Positions 33,685 to 46,189 of a stretch of 64,000 bases of DNA are shown here, piece by piece. The notes under the pieces are model-generated. The model saw nothing but the letters and a program-made list of their open reading frames with translations. It made no database searches and was not told the DNA's origin. Position 1 is the first letter of the stretch. Each line of letters opens with the position of its first letter. Source of the stretch: Fistulifera solaris. Lineage: Eukaryota. The translations under genes and the position numbers were made by a program. The stretch is from the NCBI GenBank assembly GCA_030295235.1, contig AP026145.1, positions 620,001 to 684,000 on the forward strand, written 5' to 3'.

Positions 33685-36600
33685 ATGGGTGTCCCCGCCT
33701 TTTATCGTTGGCTCTCGGAGAAATATCCCAAAATTGTGCAAGATATATTAGAAGAGCGCGTTCCCAATCAACCCAACAGCAATGTTCTCTCTTACCGCTC
33801 AATATACAAGGCCCCAACCCCAATGGCATTGAATGTGACAACTTGTACATTGATATGAACGGTATTATTCATCCTTGTTCGCATCCGGAAAACGGACTGC
33901 AACCCACCACGGAAGAAGAAATGTTCGAAAATGTCTGTCACTACGTTGATCGCCTCGTGAGAGCGATAAGACCGCGCAAATTGCTCTATTTGGCCATTGA
34001 CGGGGTAGCCCCGCGGGCCAAAATGAATCAACAACGGGCGCGTCGGTTTCGGAGTGCCCAGGAAGCCCGTGAATTGCACGAACTCGAAGAGCATGTTCGT
34101 GAAGAACTGGTCAAATCGGGACAATTCGTGCCGCCGCACAAGAAGACTTGGGATTCGAACGTCATTACACCCGGGACGGCTTTCATGTTACATTTGGCCG
34201 AGTTTTTGCGCTTCTATATTCGAAAACGATTAAGTACCGACAGGAACTGGAAGGATTTGCGTGTCATCTTTTCCGATGCCAGTTTACCCGGAGAAGGAGA
34301 ACACAAAATTATGTCACATATTCGATTGCAACGAGCTCAAGCGGGGTATAATCCGAATACGGTGCACATGTTGCACGGATTAGGTACGTTTAGTTGTGTT
34401 CGCGAGCTACTCATTCTCCTCATTTTTCTAACGCGCACTTGTTAATTAGATGCCGATTTGATCATGCTTGCTCTAGCAACACATGAAGCGCACTTCTACA
34501 TCACCCGTGAATTGGTTTTATTTGGTCGAAAGAGTCAAGAACAGCACGAACAACGGCAGATGGAATCGGGGTTTCTGGATGCGCAAAAGGCTCTGGACGA
34601 AAAAGTTGGACCCGAAGCCATGGCGATGGAAATCAATCAACAGAAACCGCTGCAACGAATCAGTATTCCTATCCTTCGCGAGTATCTGGCGGCCGAGTTT
34701 GCTGTAGTGTTGCGTCCGCAGGCTTTGCCATTTGCCGCTTCTTTGGAAAGGATCATTGATGATTTTGTCTTTCTGTGTTTCTTTGTGGGAAATGACTTTT
34801 GCCACACCTACCTTCCTTGGACATTCGAGATGGTGCGTTGGATTATCTGTTGAACGTTTACAAACGCTTGTTGCCTAGTATGGGGGGCTACATTACCAAT
34901 TCAGGAGGCAACGTCAATCTAAGTAACGTTGATATCATTCTCGCGGAAGTGGGTGCTATCGAAGATTATGTATTCGGTATGAAGCACGAAAATGAAAAGC
35001 GCGAAGAAGAGAGGCGACGTGAACAATCAATGCGAAAAAAGAACAATCTAAGGAATGATGCTCCTCCGGAAGTTGCACCAGTAGAACACCATCGAGTCAA
35101 AGGTAGAGCAGCTCGCATTATGGAACGGCAAAACAAGGACAAGGATATTGCGCTATCACGGGGGCACCAAGCAAAGAAGATGCCCGCCACGTGCAGAAGG
35201 CGAAGCGCATGATGGAGCAAGACAATGCTAAAGCAGCTGAAGATTTGAAAGCTTCATTACTTGGACTCGTGTCGGAGAAAAGTGTCAAGATAGAAAATGG
35301 AATTGCGGATTCGTTACCAAAGCACGAAGATGCTGATAATGTGAAGATTGAAGAAGATCAAGAACATATCTCAGTAAAGAGGAGACCTCGCTTGGTACAA
35401 AGCGCTCACTTGAAGAAGTCGAAAAGAACTCGGAAGACGAACCGCCGCCGGCAAAGGTAAAAAGTGAACCAGGGGTTGTTGGCGACATGGAGGACGAATT
35501 TGACGCTGACGATGCTGATGAGGAGGAGGATCTTGATATCGAAAAACCGAAAATAGAAGACCTGATCGAAGATACGGATCCCGATGTTACTTCTCGATTC
35601 AAAGCAAAAGTAAAGGAGGAGCAACAGAAAAAGCTGGATGAACACGCAAAGAATGTTGTTGACAATGTTCGTTTGCACGAAGCGGGGTGGAAAGATAGAT
35701 ACTATTCCGATAAATGTAAAGCCGATGACATTGAAAGTAACGGCGGTCGTGAACACCTCTTTCGGTCTTATGTTATGGGACTTTGTTGGGTTATGAAATA
35801 CTATTATGATGGATGCCCCAGCTGGAAATGGTACTATCCGTATCATTACGGTCCGTTTGCCTCCGATCTGAAAAATATTGAACGATTCGAGAAAGACTGT
35901 CGGGCTTTTGAGCTCAGCACGCCATTTAATCCGGTCGAACAACTGATGGCGGTACTGCCTTCCGATTCAAAGCACGCTATACCCAAGGCTGCCAGATGGC
36001 TTATGGAAGATCCCGAGAGTCCTATAATCGATTTTTACCCCAAAGAAATTCTTGTTGATCCGAATGGGAAGGCTATGCCTTGGCTTTGGGTCGTTCTTCT
36101 TCCCTTCATCGACGAAGATAGGCTGCTTGCCGCTTTATCGCCGACAATGCAAAACTGGACTAAACAAGAGCTATTTGCGAACGTCAGAGGACTTGACGAT
36201 GGTTACCTTTATGTGCATAGATCACACCCACTTTCCCAAAAGCTGGCTACAATACTGAAAGACGGCAACACGGCTAAGGCTGGCAAGACGCGACTTACTG
36301 ATACAGCAATGTACGGATGTGCAGGCTTTTCTGGTTCAGTTCGTCCTCCGTTGAGCAATGAGTTGTATCCTGTCGAGGAAGACGTGACCATTCCACCCCT
36401 TCGTCCGCTTCCAAAATTGTCAGAAGTAGTGACGACAATATATTTTCGGAGCCCTTAGAGCCGAACGATGCTGTCTGCGTGTCGTTCTCAGAACCGCCCA
36501 AGTTATCTCATAAGAGCATCATACTTCCCGGTTCAAAGTTACTGAATCCTGTGTTGACTGATGAAGACAAGCGAATACGGCGTCCTCGGCTGAATCGCTT

Positions 36601-37264
36601 CGGAGGAACGATTGCTAATATGGGAGTTGGTAACGGACAGAGCTACCAGTCTGGTTATGGCAGCATGAACTTGGGATCCTACGAGCGTCAACTGGCCGAG
36701 CAGACCGGTCGCGGCCACCAGATGCATCAAGCCGGGACACGAGCCTGGGGAGCTATGGAACCTGCACCCAAGAGACCACGTGGCGTTCCGCCTCCTCCAC
36801 CCCCACAGCCCCAATACCAGATCCCGAATCCGTTCATGAGCAATCCAAGTGTACCCAGTTGGCAGCAGAGTGCTCAGAACTCTCACCATCAATTTGGGCA
36901 CCCGAATCAAAACCGACCGTACGGTGGACAAGGCGGGTATCACCAGCATCAAATGCCACAACACGGAGCGCAACGCGGAATGCAACAGCGTGGAATACAG
37001 CCACAGTATGGCCAGCAACAGGGTTATCCGGGTAGTCGAAACAACTATCCTCAACAACAAAGACCGCCTAATTATGTGCAGCAACAACCACCAGGACGAC
37101 CGGGCTTCGATTTCCGTTCCTTTAACAACGGGCAACGCGAACTACCGAGACCTGGTTTTCAGCCGAGACCGGCGGGGTCGGACGTGATGAGCAGCCTTCG
37201 TGCTCAATTGGCAAATACGTTACGACAGAACAACAACAATCGTCAAGGAGACCAACGCCGCTAG
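33685..37264 (+). CDS. XRN2: 5'-3' exoribonuclease 2 (XRN2/Rat1)
   Basis: MGVPAFYRWLSEKYPK, DNLYIDMNGIIHPC, AIDGVAPRAKMNQQRARRF, PGEGEHKIM, GLDADLIML (intron ~34384-34449), FFVGNDF, SWKWYYPYHYGPFASD; several homopolymer frameshifts; Q/G-rich tail. Confidence 0.95.
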
Positions 37265-37346
37265 CACACATAGCGAGGACATGGGTTAGGTGTTTTCAAA
37301 AGATGAAAATGTTTTTGCATTGATAAAAGCAAAAGAAATAAGCTAG

Positions 37347-39157
37347 CTATTGTCCATAATCGTAAACGCTTTCGGGACGCGCTTGTCGGCCAACAATTCT
37401 ATCATGTTCGCGCGTTGTCATTTCGATGTGCTCCATGTACTCTCCCTCAACATCTTGGTAATGTTTTGGGTGATTGTCATCTCGAACAACCCAGTGTCGT
37501 AGTGTGGTCTTCTCAAACCGAGATAACCGACCAACCAAAAGCTTTTCCGAAGATACTGATGCCATATATTGCTTCTCATCGACACCCACATCGATATTGA
37601 AAACTCGAAGAGCAAATTCCGTCGCTCCGCCAAGGACAAATGTTGTGATCAGCACAATGATCATGGTCGTAGCCACAAAAATTGACTTGTTTTCGGTGGC
37701 TGGGAACATACGGACTAGACCGTAAGACACAGCTCCACGTAGTCCAGCAAACCAAAGCATGTGCGCTTTGTTCCAAGAAATGATGGTATCGTCCAGGGAC
37801 TTTTCACTTGAGTGAAGGGTTGTCCTCTGTTCTGTTGCGACATGGGTTATGCTATCTGCTTGCTTCGTGAAGGCTTCACTGAAAAATGATTCTGATGCGA
37901 TATTTGCTCGACTCTTGCAGAAATTGTAGACCAAAGTGATTGGATACACATTTGCAGCGCGGCCAATGAGACAACCGAAAACCGACGCTATGAGAAAGGA
38001 AGCACGGAATCCATTTAAACCAACTAAGCTGGCCACAGAGAGCCCTAGTTCCAAGAAAATGATTGTCTCTGTTATATGCGCCAGAAGTCGAAATATAACA
38101 TCAGCAGATCTCGCCGTATCAACAAACAGGTTGGGCTCGGCGTATCGTTTAGCAACAATTCCGGTCATGAGGACCGTGACGATACCACTCAGATGCATGA
38201 TTTCAGCGATCACGAAAGGAAAGTAAATCACAGTGCTGAAAATACCGAGCTCGAACAATGGTAAATGTCGAAAATCAAACGTCTTGAGAAAGAGCGCATA
38301 TCCGAGTCCAATTGCAACTCCCAGTACAATCGATCCAATAAAGCCCGTCAAGAAATCAAACAAAAACTGCGCAATTTCGCTGCCCACGTTGGTTATGTTG
38401 GACTCGATAAGATGCGAGAGACTATCAAATAAGACCAACGACACGGCATCGTTGACACTTGAATCGCCAAACACAAGATAGAACAAGTGCGGGTCCACTT
38501 TCTTTTCGGAGAAGACAGCTAGAGTTGATACGGGATCGGTCGCGGAAATCAAGGCGCTGAATGCCATGAGCTCCAATAGAGAAGGTGTGAACGAGAAATA
38601 TGGAGAAAGCATGTAAAGCCAAAGCGACATAACCATGCTGCAGATCACGGTCCCAAAGCACGCATAGAGGCATATTGGTGTAATGTACCGAAAGAAAAGT
38701 TCGCGCTGTAAATGATAACCTGAATTGAAAATGATAGGCTGACAATAGAGGCAGTATAGTGTTTGAGTTTTGTACTCTTCTACCTTGTCTCCGCGACATT
38801 ACTCACCGGAAGCAGAATAATGAAGAAGACTTGAGGCGAAAAGCTAAGAAGCGAGCTTGCTACGTTGCCTTGTGCTTCGTGGTTGTCTACAGTAATATGC
38901 ACTATGACGCCAACGACTATTCCGACGAGAATCACCATAGCAGCTTCAGGCAGAAATGCTCCAAGTTTTGGGCGGTTGTGGAGGATTCCCTGTGAAACGC
39001 ATTGTGAATTACAACAAAAAGATTCAGAAGAAACACGTTATATTACAGGACTCACACTCAAGGCAGTAACCGTAATGAAAAGAACCAAATAGATCGCAAG
39101 ATACAGCGAAACCCCTCGATTCGATTCGTGCCACTGGGATCCAGAAAGTCCGACCAT
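37347..39157 (-). CDS. Na+/H+ exchanger (CPA1, NHE/NHX family)
   Basis: LLPPIIFNSGY, ISATDPVSTLAVF, LVFGDSSVNDAVSLVL, WFAGLRGAVS; introns ~38990-39055 and 38739-38806. Confidence 0.92.
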
Positions 39158-39480
39158 GGTAAACTATAATCCGTAATAAAGCTTGTCGTTTCAAACTAAT
39201 AACTTGTGCCATTGATAGATCGATGATAATTCGTTCCCATTGGTTTTGTCTTTTTTTTCTTCGATGTTTTGGAGATTTTTTACGGGATCCGTTTGTAATG
39301 TTTACTGTACAAGTGCAAGTTTTATTTAGGTGTAGCCGATCTATGACGTCAGATCTCGGGGTCGTGTGAAAAATCAGGGAGATACAAGTACTTGATACTT
39401 GTACTGCATTGTACCTTGTACAATAACGCAGAGTCCAAAGTCGGTACGTAAAGTACTTTGTACCAGTATGACGTAAGCTC

Positions 39481-40049
39481 CTTCGAATAGCGAAGGCATT
39501 CGTTGCCGTGATGATTCAAGGAAATCCGACGTTGACAATATTTTGGATCTGAGCGGTGCGAATGTGCGAATTCTTTTGGAAGCCCTAGAACATAGAACAG
39601 AACCGGGGATTACAGATTACAGGTGTTTGTTGTAAATGATTATCCGCGTAGTGATTCCGAGTACTCGTGGTTGAAACAGTTGCTCTTACACAATCACAAT
39701 ATCAAGGTGCTGAATCGGCGGGGAGAGATCTGCACGGATGGATCGAGCATCGACAAGTTCTATGCTCTGAATCGTATCTATAATGGATCAGCACAGGTGA
39801 TCAAGGAGCCTGCATTGATCCGTCATAGTCTGGTCGCGGCAGCATTGATCGAGAATGCATCGAAGGACTTCCAATTCACTGCCTTGTTGTTGTTTCCAAC
39901 AAACGGATGTGCTGTTTGAATTTTTGCAAGGGCTGTCTTTAGATGAAAGTGGCGCTTCGTTGCATGTTCCGGAAGGAAGCGAATCATCGCGTGCGTCTAC
40001 GCCGCATGATTTCATGGACAGGGCGCCAAAAAAGTCGCGTTTGACCTAA
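39481..40049 (+). pseudogene. 5'-truncated, frameshifted fragment of a lineage-expanded LRR-like hypothetical protein family
   Basis: Broken frames give ...MIQGNPTLT/ILDLS...WLKQLLLHNHNIKV...YALNRIYNGS...LVAAALIENAS.DFQFTALLL...TDVLFEF, which I recall as the C-terminus of a large Fistulifera family; no upstream body. Confidence 0.55.
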
Positions 40050-40212
40050 GATATCGTATCTTTATATGTTGCATATTCCAAACCCAAATTTCTTAGTTTA
40101 TGAGCCACATCAGCTAAGTTTTCAATCTTCCTTTCGTATCGACTCCCTTCGGAGATACTACCGTACAGTACCTGTTATAATAGGTAACTGTTAGCACTGT
40201 ACGTAATAATGA

Positions 40213-40241
40213 CACGACCGGATTTCAGTCATGAGTCATGA
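40213..40241 (-). repeat. Dispersed hairpin element
   Basis: Reverse complement reads tcatgactcatgactgaaatccggtcgtg. Confidence 0.75.
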
Positions 40242-40454
40242 GTGAGGAAGGAGGTCGTTCTTTCTCTTCCATTTGCGCTGCGACGCGATTTCACACGAAA
40301 ACGTCGGACTGTCAATTTTTGACACCGATCGAAGGTGACGCTTCCCTTTATTGGAATGGCTTTTTTTTAATGGCAAACAGCAAAACCTTTCACTTTTTGA
40401 CAACTCGCTCCGTTGCAATTAAGCTTCTCTTTGCATCATCTATCGCTTTAACAC

Positions 40455-42524
40455 ATGTGGAAGATGACTCAATTGTTGCTGCGTCCGTCTTCTCCTCGCG
40501 TGCGCTTTTCGACTCCTCCTTTGTCGACCCGACCGTTTTCCTCCATTCGACCATGGAAACAGGATTCGGTCGAATCGCGTGGACATTATCCCGATGAAGC
40601 TTGGATTGAAGAGCATGTCGGCGGTCCGTTGTATCAACACCAGAAAAGCCTACCACGTCTTCCCGTCCTATCCATCGAAGATACCTTGCGTCGTTTCCTA
40701 CCGACGGCGTTGCCCTTGGCCAAGTCGTCACAAGAAGCCCAGGCCCTGCAAAGTGCCGTTGCCAAGTTCCCTCAACAGGCAGCGCAGCTACAAGAACGTC
40801 TATTGCAACGCCAGAAAGACAACCCCAACAGTTCTTGGCTCCAACATTGGTGGAATACGGCCGGCTATTTGCAAGTGCGAGATTCGGTCGTCATTAATGT
40901 TTCGTACTTTTTTCATTTCCAAAAGGACCCGACGGCCGTGAATCAAATCCAACGCGGTGCGGCCTTGTTGGTGGCAGCGGCCGATTTTCGTAAAAAGGTG
41001 GTGACGGGTCAGTTGCCCGCCGAAGCGGTCGGGAAACAAAAGACGCCACTCTGTTCGGTTGCCTACAAATACATGTTCCACGCTTGTCGAATTCCCGTCC
41101 GCGATCATGATTCGTATATGATCTATGATCCCGCCCGGAATCGTCATGCGGCAGTGGCTTGTCGTGGGCACTTTTTCAAGATGGATTTTGTCGATGAAGA
41201 TGGGAATGCGTACCCGTTGAGTGTCCTCGAAGAAGGCTTACAAAAGTGTCGGGATCTCGCCGACGAGCTGCCACCTTCTTTGCCCTTGGGATGGTTGACC
41301 AGTCAGAATCGTGATGATTGGGCCGATGCACGGCAAACGCTCTTGGAGTCTTGTCCGCGTATGGAGCAGGCCTTGGAAGTGCTACAAAGCGCCGCGCTCC
41401 TGATTTGTCTCGACGAAGTCGACCGTGCCAGTTCGGAAGCCATGGCACAATTACTGTTACACGCGGGTCGTGACGCTTCGTCGGGTGCGAATCGGTGGTT
41501 TGACAAGTCCATTCAGCTCGTTTTGACCAAAGAAGGACAGGCCGGATTGGTGGGTGAACATTCCATGATGGATGGCATGCCGGTCATGAATTTTGCCAAC
41601 CGTTTAACCGAAGTCACTTACGCACAAGCGGGTGCATTGGCCACGGCAAAGGTCACATCTTGTAATGTGGGGCCGATTTTCTCCAACCTCAATATTTCGT
41701 CCGCGCACAAATCTCAGATTGATCGCCACATCAACAAAGGTAAGATTTCACGTCTTTGATCACTTTCAAATACCGGCCCAGCTTGGCGCCTAACGTTACT
41801 TTGTTTCTTCAGCAATGCTCGAACTGGAAACAGCTGCTAGTCGTCATGAACTTGAAGTCGTAAGGTTCCATGGGTATGGGAGCGACTTTATTAAAAAAGC
41901 TGGTTTCTCACCGGACGCCTTCGTGCAAGTAGCCATGCAGTTGGCTACCTATCGCTTATGGGGAGAACAAGTTGGCACGTACGAAGCCACGCAAGTCCGA
42001 CCTTTTTACACGGCCGTACTGAAACAACTAGAGCGGTCTCGACGGAAAGCGCCGCTTTTTGCAAGGAGATGGGCCTGCACCCCAAATTCGACGAACACCA
42101 CGAGAGTGTTCGCAAACAAAAACTTCGTCTTTTGCAGGAAGCTGTAACAGCTCACGTCAAGTTCATGGGAGCAGCGGCGAAGGCGGAAGGAGTTGATAGA
42201 CACTTTTTCGGATTATCCATGTTGGTCGGTGACGGCGAAAACGCTCCCGATCTTTATTCCGACCCCGTCTTTGCTCGTTCGAAGCGCTGGCGTGTCAGCA
42301 CCAGTCACTTGACACACCCTCGCTTTGAAAATTGGGGCTACGGTGAAGTATTTCCCGACGGAGTTGGTTTATCGTATTCGATTCACAAGAGACACTGTGG
42401 ATTTAGCATAACAGCATTGAAGGAACATGATTGGACCGAGAAGCTTGGTGACAAATTGGAAGAAGCGTTACTTGAAATGAGAGCACTGGTTGAGCTAGAT
42501 CAACATCCTACAAGCAAACTTTAA
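40455..42524 (+). CDS. Carnitine O-acetyltransferase (choline/carnitine acyltransferase family)
   Basis: LPRLPV, SWL..WW...YL, NRWFDKS, EHSMMDG catalytic His, SPDAFVQ, TYEA...FLHGRTET, C-terminal SKL; intron 41740-41812; frameshift near 42005. Confidence 0.93.
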
Positions 42525-42616
42525 ACACTAAACTAAAGTTTAACGCCAGATCTTGTGAAAAGTTTCTGAATAGAGCTCAGATTGCGGCGGCCGGGCGAGA
42601 TGGCAAAGATTCGGTA

Positions 42617-45337
42617 TCACTGCGTGTTCGTGTCTGTTACAACCTTCCCATTGCCTTCACGAGGTTTAGTCCCCGCCTCCGGTTTGCCCCTTTTCTTCCC
42701 GCGCCTTCGACCTTTCTTCTGTTTTGCCTCTTGACCCGGGGGTCTAGCAGCGTTCGACTCATTTTGCGTCGGTGCGGTACCATCCACACCACCTGAATGG
42801 CCTGCCTTGTTCTTGTCGTTTTTCTTTTCTTCGTTTCTGTCACTAGACCCATTCGCGGCACCGGTTCCGTCTGCGTTAGCTACCCGTTTCGCCTTGCCAA
42901 TTCGTTTTCTTGGCTGCTTTGCTTTTTTCTTCTTTTCGCCCTCAATTAACTTACTTCCAGTAGCTGTTGTTGTATTCGGATTCTGATCGCTCTGTTCAAC
43001 TTCTTTGCTGTTATCATATGCATTCACGGCAGCGGTTCCATCTGCATTGGCGACCTGCTTCGACTTACCAGCCCGCTTTCTAGGCTTTCTAAATTTTTTC
43101 TTCTTCGTTTCACTTTCACCTTTCTTCGTCTCATCCAATGCGCTGCTTTGTTTCGCTGTATCCTGTTTCTCGACGCTTTCAAGGCCTTCGACAAACGTCT
43201 CTCCGGATTTTCCCACTTGCTTCCCACCGTTGAGACCTTTTGTCTTCATGCCCGATTTCTGTTCCAAAATCGCTGCATCTTTAACTTTGGCTTGATTATT
43301 TGTTTTCTTTGCTCCTGACTTTGTTTGATCTGTGGACGCTTCCTTGTTTCGCGCTTTTCGATCTCTTCTTTTCTGCTTCCCGCTCTTCGGTTGTAGCACC
43401 ACAGTGGACGGCCAAAGAGTCGCTTCGTTTCCTTCTTCGCCCTCCAGGGCCTTTGTAAGGCATTCTCGGGCATACTTTTCGGACTCCTTCAAAGACTGAA
43501 TGATTCGTCTCATTCCTGGTTCCTGCGCATGATTGCCCAAGTTGTGTGGCATGTGCGAATCATAAGTCTCAAAGGGGTCCTCAATGGCAAAACCAAAAAA
43601 GCATTTTCGAAAAACTGTCTTTGGCAGAGTAATTCTCGGCGATCGTTTGATCGAAATGAGGAACAATTTCGGGAATTGCACATAAAATTGAAAGAATCCG
43701 TACAGCAGCGCCGAAACAGAAATGTCCGCCACGCCTTCCACCGGAGTCCAGGCTGAACTTACTTGTTGCCATTCGGCGTAAAGAGTATCAAGGTTATTTA
43801 AAGAATGCATTCGATTTGCATCATCCCGAACAATCCCAGCTTTTGTCATCAGTTCCTTGTCCTGCAAATTGGGAACCAATCCCACATGCTGCAAGTAAAA
43901 GATGACAAGACACATCCAAGTGTACGAGCTGTACGTGTTATCCTTAGCAGACGCAATGTTCTTTTCCTTAGCCCATTTCTTCACTGCAAACATCAAATTC
44001 TTCGCTCTGGGGTCAACGAGGGAATATTCGCGTAGCAACGACGAGTTCGCGACAGCAATGTCATTCATAAAGCAAACATCAAAGTCGATGGATCCATCCT
44101 TGGAGTAAGGATTTTCGGCATGGAGGAAGGTTCCACGAACGACCGGAACTCGAGCCCGAGCCACCGGCTCGATTCCTCGGAAATCCTTTCTACGCCCTTC
44201 TAAACTCCGACTCACTTTGTAAACCGTTTTCTTCACCTCTTTTTCGTACGATGCCGGCGTAAGCTCTCCACTCTCGAACAGTTTGTTCAATCGTTCCGAC
44301 TCTCCTAGGTGAAGACTCAGATCTACATCCGAGTTCTTACCCAGACTCAGATCCGACCAGCAACTGCCATAAATGGTCAACACCGCATCGGGATACACTT
44401 TCCTCACACTCTCCGAAATCGTGCTGTGCAGTTTTTGTATGGCGGCCAAATATTTTTGGTGCTTTTCTTCATCTTTGTCCTTGACGAGTCCGTATTTGAC
44501 GTCCAGTTTTTGGAACAGATCCTTGCTTTTCTCCCGATGGCTCTGCAACCATGCCTGGAATTCTTGAGACTCTGCAGTGGCGGCGCCAATACGACTCGCA
44601 TCGTTCGTCACGATCATAGTCATAACACTACGTATTTTCTCTTTCCATACATTCGATTCAGGACGCAAATCGGATTCCGGCACATCCAACAGCTCGAATG
44701 CCATGGCCAGATGACGCAGCAAGATGCCACGAGTATGTGTTTTGCACACGTCAAAGGACTTGTCTCCAATCATCCAGCACGTTGGTTTGTTGCCTTTCGT
44801 GGAAATCTGCGTTCCTTGGATAATTAACGATTCATCATTGCGTCGTTCGTGATAGCAAAGTCCCAAAAGGATGGGAGTCACGACACTCAACGAGTTCAAC
44901 AATTTCACCAACACCAGCCACGCTGCATCGATCGAATTGTCGTCTTCGTCTTCTTCGGTACTACTCAATCGCTTTTGTAGACGCTCTTGTTGATGCTCTA
45001 GTGCCTTGACGCGTCTTTGATTGAGCGAACGTCGTTCTTTCTTCTCCGCGGTCTTGGGGATGTCTCGATAAAACTCCCGAATATGTGTCAATGAACGAAA
45101 AATCTGCGTGATCGTATCTTTCTTCCGTTCGAGTTTTTGAAAGTATCTGTCTTCTTCTTTTACATCCTCTGCAGCAACATCCGTGGGTTCCGTGGTATCG
45201 GCAGCCGATTGTCCAGGCTTCGGCACACCCCAAAATTGAAGAAAGGCCTCGGTGGAAGCCTGCAATGGCACATGCCGTTCTTCACCGGTAATCCACAACA
45301 GAGGCGCTTCCTTGTCGAGTTCAAGGCGATCGATCAT
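42617..45337 (-). CDS. Cid1/TUTase-like non-canonical nucleotidyltransferase with Lys-rich C-terminal tail
   Basis: YGS...SDVDL, ARVPVV, DVCFMN..AVANS.LL, VKKWAK, SSYTW..LVIFYLQ, IEDPFE...HNLG; start Met uncertain. Confidence 0.9.
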   Translation of the reverse strand: MIDRLELDKEAPLLWITGEERHVPLQASTEAFLQFWGVPKPGQSAADTTEPTDVAAEDVKEEDRYFQKLERKKDTITQIFRSLTHIREFYRDIPKTAEKKERRSLNQRRVKALEHQQERLQKRLSSTEEDEDDNSIDAAWLVLVKLLNSLSVVTPILLGLCYHERRNDESLIIQGTQISTKGNKPTCWMIGDKSFDVCKTHTRGILLRHLAMAFELLDVPESDLRPESNVWKEKIRSVMTMIVTNDASRIGAATAESQEFQAWLQSHREKSKDLFQKLDVKYGLVKDKDEEKHQKYLAAIQKLHSTISESVRKVYPDAVLTIYGSCWSDLSLGKNSDVDLSLHLGESERLNKLFESGELTPASYEKEVKKTVYKVSRSLEGRRKDFRGIEPVARARVPVVRGTFLHAENPYSKDGSIDFDVCFMNDIAVANSSLLREYSLVDPRAKNLMFAVKKWAKEKNIASAKDNTYSSYTWMCLVIFYLQHVGLVPNLQDKELMTKAGIVRDDANRMHSLNNLDTLYAEWQQVSSAWTPVEGVADISVSALLYGFFQFYVQFPKLFLISIKRSPRITLPKTVFRKCFFGFAIEDPFETYDSHMPHNLGNHAQEPGMRRIIQSLKESEKYARECLTKALEGEEGNEATLWPSTVVLQPKSGKQKRRDRKARNKEASTDQTKSGAKKTNNQAKVKDAAILEQKSGMKTKGLNGGKQVGKSGETFVEGLESVEKQDTAKQSSALDETKKGESETKKKKFRKPRKRAGKSKQVANADGTAAVNAYDNSKEVEQSDQNPNTTTATGSKLIEGEKKKKAKQPRKRIGKAKRVANADGTGAANGSSDRNEEKKNDKNKAGHSGGVDGTAPTQNESNAARPPGQEAKQKKGRRRGKKRGKPEAGTKPREGNGKVVTDTNTQ

Positions 45338-45718
45338 TCTTTTGAATGGTCGTGTTAAAGTGAATGACTTTCGGGGCAGTCTTTCGGCCAACTGATGTTT
45401 AGTTTGTTGGCAGCCATTGGCTTTTCCGACGAGTGAGTTGGGCGATCTTTTGCCGTCACAAGTCACAATCGCATGCAGGCGGAGTCACAGAAAGTCACAA
45501 CAGGAGAGTCATCGGCACCGGTACTGGACAACAATAATAAAGATCTTGTTTGAGCCGGTAAGACGAGAAGATAAACTAAGCAGTCGGGTCAAAATTATTA
45601 CGGAGTAGGAGTATTTCAATAATTATTCTTTGATCAAAAAGCTATAGGAGTATAAGACATAAGACCTAGACTCTATGCAGAGACTAATCTCTCAACTGAA
45701 ATCAAATTATCATATTCT

Positions 45719-46189
45719 TTAGTAGAGACTATCTTCGCACCAAATGGTTTTCAACATATGACTGGAATCGCCAGAGCCCAAACTACTCCAGAGCTGCTGA
45801 AAATACCCCACCTTTTTGGGAGACTCCTGTACAGCTATCATACGCACTGGCTTTGTCGAAAGTAGAGCGGACAGTCGATTGGAACTTGAACATCGCTCAT
45901 CATCATCAACGTCGTCGTCGTCGTCGCTGGAGACAGTGGAATTCGTTGATACACTGGTGTCATCTCCGTCGGAGACCTCTTGGCAGGACGACGGCTCCAC
46001 GTAAAAGGTCACCAGTAATACATAAACTGCCACCAAAGGTAGGAGTGTGCAAAGGAACAAATGGTAGGTAAATCGAAGAGACGTATTGTCTTTGGCCATC
46101 GCCAACCACGACTTCTTCGCCACCTTTTTGTTGCGACGGGTGGGGGGATTTCGTTTGTTTCGCGATGTAGAGGATCGTTGCGAGTGCAT
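45719..46189 (-). CDS. Small hypothetical single-pass membrane protein
   Basis: Basic N-terminus, TM (LFLCTLLPLVAVYVLLVTFYV), acidic Ser/Asp stretch. Confidence 0.5.
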   Translation of the reverse strand: MHSQRSSTSRNKRNPPTRRNKKVAKKSWLAMAKDNTSLRFTYHLFLCTLLPLVAVYVLLVTFYVEPSSCQEVSDGDDTSVSTNSTVSSDDDDDVDDDERCSSSNRLSALLSTKPVRMIAVQESPKKVGYFQQLWSSLGSGDSSHMLKTIWCEDSLY

